A stretch of 64,000 nt of DNA from contig CAVXXK010000001.1 in NCBI GenBank assembly GCA_963765675.1, forward strand, positions 2,240,001 through 2,304,000, in the 5' to 3' direction. This document shows positions 59,450 through 64,000 of the stretch, in pieces. How positions within the stretch are numbered: position 1 is the first letter of the stretch; every line of letters begins with the position of its first letter. The translations under genes were made by a program, and so were the position numbers. Source of the DNA: an uncultured delta proteobacterium. GTDB lineage: Bacteria; Desulfobacterota; Binatia; Binatales; Binataceae. The notes under the pieces were generated by a model. The model had not been told where the DNA came from and searched no databases. It saw only the letters and a program-made list of their open reading frames with translations.

Positions 59450-59654
59450 CGAGATCAGGCAGATGAACGAGGGCGACCTTCGCGTGAAGGAACGGGAGAC
59501 GCGCGAGGAGATTTTCCGCTTGCGGCTCAAGCTGAAGACCAATCAGCTCGACAAGTCGGCGGCGCTCACCATCGCGCGGCGCGAGCTCGCGAGAATTTTG
59601 ACCGTGATCAAACAAAAGTCCGCGAGCGCTGACGGCGCCGCGAAAGCGAAGTAA
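59439..59654 (+). CDS. rpmC: 50S ribosomal protein L29
   Basis: TTG start after GAGGAGG; [16 protein letters not shown]. Confidence 0.92.
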   Translation: MELDEIRQMNEGDLRVKERETREEIFRLRLKLKTNQLDKSAALTIARRELARILTVIKQKSASADGAAKAK

Positions 59655-59658
59655 CTCG

Positions 59659-59913
59659 ATGCGTGAGCGAATCAAACGGCGCGAAGGTACGGTGGTCTCC
59701 GCCAAGATGACCAAGACCGTGGTGGTCCAGGTCGATCGCCTGGTCGAGCATCCCCTGTACGGAAAGCGGATGCGCCGGCGCAAGCGCTACATGGCGCACG
59801 ACGAAACCAGCCAGTGCCACGAGGGCGACCGCGTCCAGATCGTCGAGTCGCGGCCGATAAGCAAGAGCAAGCGCTGGCGCATCAGCAAGATAGTCAAGCG
59901 GGCGGCAGGCTGA
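59659..59913 (+). CDS. rpsQ: 30S ribosomal protein S17
   Basis: KMTKTVVV, HPLYGK, RPISKSKRW. Confidence 0.97.
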   Translation: MRERIKRREGTVVSAKMTKTVVVQVDRLVEHPLYGKRMRRRKRYMAHDETSQCHEGDRVQIVESRPISKSKRWRISKIVKRAAG

Positions 59914-59929
59914 GGATTAGACAAGCGCG

Positions 59930-60298
59930 ATGATTCAGGTGCAGACAGTTCTCGATGTCGCCGATAATTCGGGCGCCCGCAAGGTCATGTGCATCAAGGT
60001 GCTTGGCGGCTCGCGCCGGCGTTACGCCTCGGTGGGCGATGTGATCGTGGTCGCGGTCAAGGAAGCGATCCCCAACGCCAAGGTGAAAAAGGGCGAGGTC
60101 GCACGCGCTGTGATCGTGCGGACCGCGCGCGAGATCAGCCGCGACGACGGCAGCTATATCCGCTTCGACGGCAATTCGGCGGTGCTGATCGACGCGCAGC
60201 ACGAACCGATTGGTACCCGAATTTTCGGGCCGGTCGCGCGCGAGCTGCGCGCCAAAAAGTTCATGAAAATAATTTCACTCGCACCAGAGGTTCTGTGA
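59930..60298 (+). CDS. rplN: 50S ribosomal protein L14
   Basis: [22 protein letters not shown]. Confidence 0.98.
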   Translation: MIQVQTVLDVADNSGARKVMCIKVLGGSRRRYASVGDVIVVAVKEAIPNAKVKKGEVARAVIVRTAREISRDDGSYIRFDGNSAVLIDAQHEPIGTRIFGPVARELRAKKFMKIISLAPEVL

Positions 60299-60299
60299 G

Positions 60300-60638
60300 A
60301 TGGCGTCCGCCGCAGCAAAATACAAGATCCGCAAGAACGACATGGTGATGGTCGTCAAAGGGCGCGATCGCGGCAAGACCGGCAAGGTGATGCGGGTGCT
60401 GTCGGAGCGCGGACGCGTGATCGTCGAGCGGCTCAATATCGTCAAGCGCCACTCGAAGCCGCGCGGCGCAGCGAGTCCCGGCGGGATCGTGGAAAAAGAG
60501 GCGCCGCTCAATATCGCCAACGTGATGTTCTTTTGCGATCGATGCAACGCGCCCGTGCGCCTGGCCGTGAAGCTCGGCGACGACAAGACTCGAACCCGCG
60601 TATGCCGCCGGTGCGGCGAAGCGGTGGGTAACGACTGA
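60300..60638 (+). CDS. rplX: 50S ribosomal protein L24
   Basis: KOW motif [17 protein letters not shown]. Confidence 0.97.
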   Translation: MASAAAKYKIRKNDMVMVVKGRDRGKTGKVMRVLSERGRVIVERLNIVKRHSKPRGAASPGGIVEKEAPLNIANVMFFCDRCNAPVRLAVKLGDDKTRTRVCRRCGEAVGND

Positions 60639-61414
60639 TGGCCGACAAGAACGACAAAACCGAAAAGCCGCAAAAGGCCAAGAACCCGGACGCCGCCGCC
60701 AAGGGGCAGGCGCAAAAGGCTCAGGCTGCGAAGGACAAGGCCGCGCGTGCGGAACAGGCCGCGGCCGCGAAGGCGGCGCCGCGCGAGCCCGAGCCAAAGA
60801 TTCCGGCCCGGATGCGCCTGCGCTATGAGAGCGAGATCGTGCCGACGCTGATGCGCGAGCTGAAGATCGAGAACAAGATGCGGGTGCCACGGCTGTCGAA
60901 GATCACGATTAACATGGCGCTCAGCGAAGCGCGCGACAACGTCAAGGTGCTCGACCTCGCGGTCGAGGAGCTGGCACAGATCTCGGGACAGAAGCCGGTG
61001 CTGACGCGCGCGCGCAAAGCGATATCGAATTTCAAGCTGCGCCAGGGGATGCCGATCGGCACGATGGTCACGCTGCGGCGCGAGCGGATGTGGGAATTTT
61101 TCGACCGGCTGGTTAACGTCGCGCTGCCGCGCGTGCGCGACTTCCGCGGAATCAGCGACAAGGCATTCGACGGACGCGGAAATTATTCGCTCGGCCTGCG
61201 CGAGCATACGATTTTTCCCGAGCTCAATCTGGACAAGGTTGATAAAATAAAGGGACTTACGATTTCAATCACCACCAGCGCGCGCAGCGACTTCGAGGGA
61301 CTGACCCTTCTGAAGGCGCTCGGGATGCCGTTTAGGAACCAGGCCGAGCGCGAGGGCGAGCCCGCCGCGGCGCCCGCAAAAGCGGCAGCGGCACCGGAGC
61401 CCGCGCAGGCGTAA
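60638..61414 (+). CDS. rplE: 50S ribosomal protein L5 with N- and C-terminal extensions
   Basis: [25 protein letters not shown]. Confidence 0.97.
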   Translation: MADKNDKTEKPQKAKNPDAAAKGQAQKAQAAKDKAARAEQAAAAKAAPREPEPKIPARMRLRYESEIVPTLMRELKIENKMRVPRLSKITINMALSEARDNVKVLDLAVEELAQISGQKPVLTRARKAISNFKLRQGMPIGTMVTLRRERMWEFFDRLVNVALPRVRDFRGISDKAFDGRGNYSLGLREHTIFPELNLDKVDKIKGLTISITTSARSDFEGLTLLKALGMPFRNQAEREGEPAAAPAKAAAAPEPAQA

Positions 61415-61443
61415 GGCTAGAGGGGTGCAGGACACAAAGATCG

Positions 61444-61629
61444 ATGGCTAAGAAGTGCCTCAGAATCAAGGCGTTACGCACTCCGAAGTTCAAGGTGCGC
61501 ACGCATAACCGCTGCCCGCTATGCGGGCGCTCGCGGGCCTATTACCGGCGCTTCAAGATGTGCCGGCTGTGCCTGCGCAAATACGCTCTCAGAGGACAGC
61601 TTCCCGGCGTCGTCAAGGCGAGCTGGTAG
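61444..61629 (+). CDS. rpsN: 30S ribosomal protein S14 (type Z, Zn-binding)
   Basis: RCPLCGR...[14 protein letters not shown]. Confidence 0.97.
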   Translation: MAKKCLRIKALRTPKFKVRTHNRCPLCGRSRAYYRRFKMCRLCLRKYALRGQLPGVVKASW

Positions 61630-61637
61630 AGGGAATA

Positions 61638-62036
61638 ATGTCGAGGACCGACCCGATCGCAGAACTGCTGACCCGAATCCGCAACGCGATGCGTGCGCGG
61701 TACAATGAGGTCACGCTCGAACACTCGCGGCTGCGCGAAGCGATCTGCCGCGTGCTGGTCGCCGAGGGCTTTCTCGACGGTGTCGAGCCCGCGGGCGAAG
61801 ATCCCAAGCGCAAGCTCGTGATCAAACTGCGCTACTCGGCCGCGCGCGAGCCGGTGATCAAGGGAATCGAGCGGGTGAGCAAGCCGAGCCTGCGGCGCTA
61901 CGCCGGCGCCGACGAGATCTCGAAGGCGCGCGGCGCGATGGGCGTGCATATCGTCTCGACGCCGCTCGGTGTGATGAGCGGGCGCGAGGCGCGCCGCAAA
62001 CGAGTCGGCGGCGAAATTCTCTGCCGGGTCTGGTAA
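61638..62036 (+). CDS. rpsH: 30S ribosomal protein S8
   Basis: DPIAELLTRIRNA, SKPSLRRY, GGEILC.VW. Confidence 0.97.
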   Translation: MSRTDPIAELLTRIRNAMRARYNEVTLEHSRLREAICRVLVAEGFLDGVEPAGEDPKRKLVIKLRYSAAREPVIKGIERVSKPSLRRYAGADEISKARGAMGVHIVSTPLGVMSGREARRKRVGGEILCRVW

Positions 62037-62048
62037 ACGGAGCCGTCG

Positions 62049-62600
62049 ATGTCGCGCATAGGAAGATTACCGGTAAAACTCGAAAAGGGCGTCAAAGCCG
62101 AGCTTTCCGGCACCACGCTCAAAGTCGAGGGCCCCAAGGGCAAGCTCTCGCATCCGTTGCCGCCCGGCTTTACGGTCGAGATCAACGGCGCCGAGCTGAC
62201 CGTCAAACGCCCGGGGGATTCGAACCTCGAGCGTTCACTGCATGGGCTGACGCGCAAGCTGATCGCCAATATGGCCGAGGGCGTCAGCAAGGGCTTCACC
62301 AAGGTTCTCGAGATCAACGGAGTCGGCTACCGGGCGGAGGCAAAGGGCGCTCAGATCAATTTGAGCCTCGGCTACTCGCATCCGATTGTGTATCAGTTGC
62401 CGCCGGGCGTGACTGCGAAAGTCGAGCGGCAGGTGCTGATCACGCTCGAGAGCGCGGATCGCCAGTTGCTCGGCTCGGTCGCCTCAGAGGTGCGCGAGCT
62501 CAGGCCGCCGGAACCGTACAAGGGCAAGGGAATCAAGTACGCGACCGAAACGATTCGCCGCAAGGCGGGAAAGGCCGCCGCCGGATCGACTTCGGCGTAG
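62049..62600 (+). CDS. rplF: 50S ribosomal protein L6
   Basis: MSRIG, GVGYRA, PEPYKGKGIKY. Confidence 0.98.
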   Translation: MSRIGRLPVKLEKGVKAELSGTTLKVEGPKGKLSHPLPPGFTVEINGAELTVKRPGDSNLERSLHGLTRKLIANMAEGVSKGFTKVLEINGVGYRAEAKGAQINLSLGYSHPIVYQLPPGVTAKVERQVLITLESADRQLLGSVASEVRELRPPEPYKGKGIKYATETIRRKAGKAAAGSTSA

Positions 62601-62633
62601 AGCGCATAAGCAGGGCAGCAAGAGTCAACCACG

Positions 62634-62996
62634 ATGCAATCACAGCGGGCAGAAAAACGGGGTTTGCGCCGTCAGCGCGTGCGCCGCAAGGCGACGGGCA
62701 CCGACGCGCGGCCGCGGCTTTCGATCTACCGGTCGCTCAATCATATTTACGCGCAGGTGATTTCCGACCAGAGCGGCAACACGATCGCGGCGGCTTCGAC
62801 CCAGAGCGAGGCGGTGCGCGACGCGCTCAAGAGCAAGCGCAATCTCGCCGCCGCCAAAGCGGTCGGCAAGGCGATCGCCGAGAAATGCCAGGCTGCGGGA
62901 ATCCAGAGCGTGGTGTTCGATCGCAACGGCTTTCTCTATCATGGACGGGTAAAGGCGCTGGCCGACGCGGCGCGCGAAGCCGGATTAAAGTTCTGA
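62634..62996 (+). CDS. rplR: 50S ribosomal protein L18
   Basis: [21 protein letters not shown]. Confidence 0.98.
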   Translation: MQSQRAEKRGLRRQRVRRKATGTDARPRLSIYRSLNHIYAQVISDQSGNTIAAASTQSEAVRDALKSKRNLAAAKAVGKAIAEKCQAAGIQSVVFDRNGFLYHGRVKALADAAREAGLKF

Positions 62997-63011
62997 AAAT
63001 CGAGGCACGAA

Positions 63012-63524
63012 GTGGCGCAACGCATTGACCCGCAAGGGCTCGAAATCAAGGAAAAGGTCGTCCATATCAACCGCGTCGCGAAGGTTGTGAAGGGCGGACG
63101 CCGCTTCAGCTTCTCGGCGCTGGTGGTCGCGGGCGATCATAACGGCCTCGTCGGCTTCGGCCTTGGCAAAGCCAACGAGGTTCCCGAGGCGATTCGCAAG
63201 GGCGTCGAGCGCGCCAAGAAGAGCCTTATCCGAGTGCCGCTGCGCAACGGCACCATTCCGCACGAAGTGGTCGGTCATTTCGGCGCGGGCCGCGTCGTGC
63301 TGCGTCCGGCGGCGGAAGGAACCGGCGTTATCGCGGCGGGCGGAGTGCGCGCGGTGGTCGAGCTTTGTGGAATCCGCAATATTCTGACCAAGCGGCTGGG
63401 CTCCTCGAATCCGCACAACCTGGTCAAGGCAACCCTCGAGGCGCTGCTCGAACTTCGCAGCCCCGAAGATATTTTGAAGCTGCGCGCGCGCTCCGGAACC
63501 GGCGAACGTCCTGAGGCGGCTTGA
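63012..63524 (+). CDS. rpsE: 30S ribosomal protein S5
   Basis: [21 protein letters not shown]. Confidence 0.98.
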   Translation: MAQRIDPQGLEIKEKVVHINRVAKVVKGGRRFSFSALVVAGDHNGLVGFGLGKANEVPEAIRKGVERAKKSLIRVPLRNGTIPHEVVGHFGAGRVVLRPAAEGTGVIAAGGVRAVVELCGIRNILTKRLGSSNPHNLVKATLEALLELRSPEDILKLRARSGTGERPEAA

Positions 63525-63559
63525 GGCGGGCGGGCAATCAGTCAGGCAGGTCGATTAAG

Positions 63560-63742
63560 ATGAGCCAGAAAGTCCGAGTCAAACTCGTGCACAGCCCGAT
63601 CGGGACCAACAAGCGCGTGCGCGCAACCGTGCGCGGCCTCGGCCTCACCAAGGTCGGCAGCGAACGCGAGCTCGAACGCACGGCGCCGGTCGAAGGGATG
63701 ATCAAGCGGCTCAAGCATCTGGTGGCCGTGATCGAGAGCTGA
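63560..63742 (+). CDS. rpmD: 50S ribosomal protein L30
   Basis: SPIG, LGL.K, GMI; ATG 63560. Confidence 0.94.
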   Translation: MSQKVRVKLVHSPIGTNKRVRATVRGLGLTKVGSERELERTAPVEGMIKRLKHLVAVIES

Positions 63743-63793
63743 TCTTCGGGCGACGCGCGATATCCGCATTAAGTGCAATAATCAGAGGACCCG

Positions 63794-64000
63794 ATGAATC
63801 TCAGCGATTTGAAACCTGCTCCCCGCTCGAAGCATCGCATCAAGCGGATCGGACGCGGAATCGGCTCGGGCCACGGAAAGACTTCCGGCCGCGGACACAA
63901 AGGCCTGGGCTCGCGCTCGCACGGTAATACGCCGCCGGGCTATGAAGGCGGGCAGATGCCTTTGCAGCGCCGGACGCCCAAGCAGGGGTTTCGCCGGCTG
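63794..64000 (+). CDS. rplO: 50S ribosomal protein L15 (partial, runs off window)
   Basis: [10 protein letters not shown]...[20 protein letters not shown]...[12 protein letters not shown]. Confidence 0.96.
   Translation, partial: MNLSDLKPAPRSKHRIKRIGRGIGSGHGKTSGRGHKGLGSRSHGNTPPGYEGGQMPLQRRTPKQGFRRL

Overview
GC-rich (roughly two-thirds G+C) bacterial chromosomal window. Gene content and style suggest a diderm 'deltaproteobacteria-like' lineage, possibly Ca. Binatota; this is inference only. 1-37 kb is a mixed housekeeping/accessory region: CoA genes (coaX, panB, panC), a class III aminotransferase, P450, RidA, AlkA, lpxD/waaF, two Kelch beta-propeller proteins (one frameshifted), a VapBC-type toxin-antitoxin pair, thiolase/HADH, zwf, GST, a tightly coupled five-gene LplA-like/HEAT/PPOX/M24/HAD operon, lptFG, rlmB and a 4-PAS hybrid kinase. 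37.6-64 kb is the core translation/transcription supercluster: 5 tRNAs, rpmG-secE-nusG-rplKAJL-rpoBC, and the str, S10 and spc operons. The most notable signal is missed by the ORF track: two genes read through an in-frame UGA in a redox motif, each followed by a SECIS-like hairpin. These are a UGSC-motif selenoprotein (14801-15322) and an AhpC/TSA-like W-U-PFC selenoprotein (18347-18925). They bracket a co-directional four-gene cluster with a Kelch lipoprotein and a CxxC thioredoxin-fusion protein. Also found: a probable CTG-start toxin, REP-like palindromic repeats at three loci, a candidate structured ncRNA upstream of the tRNA cluster, a candidate pan-type leader RNA, and antibiotic-site substitutions in S12 and EF-Tu.
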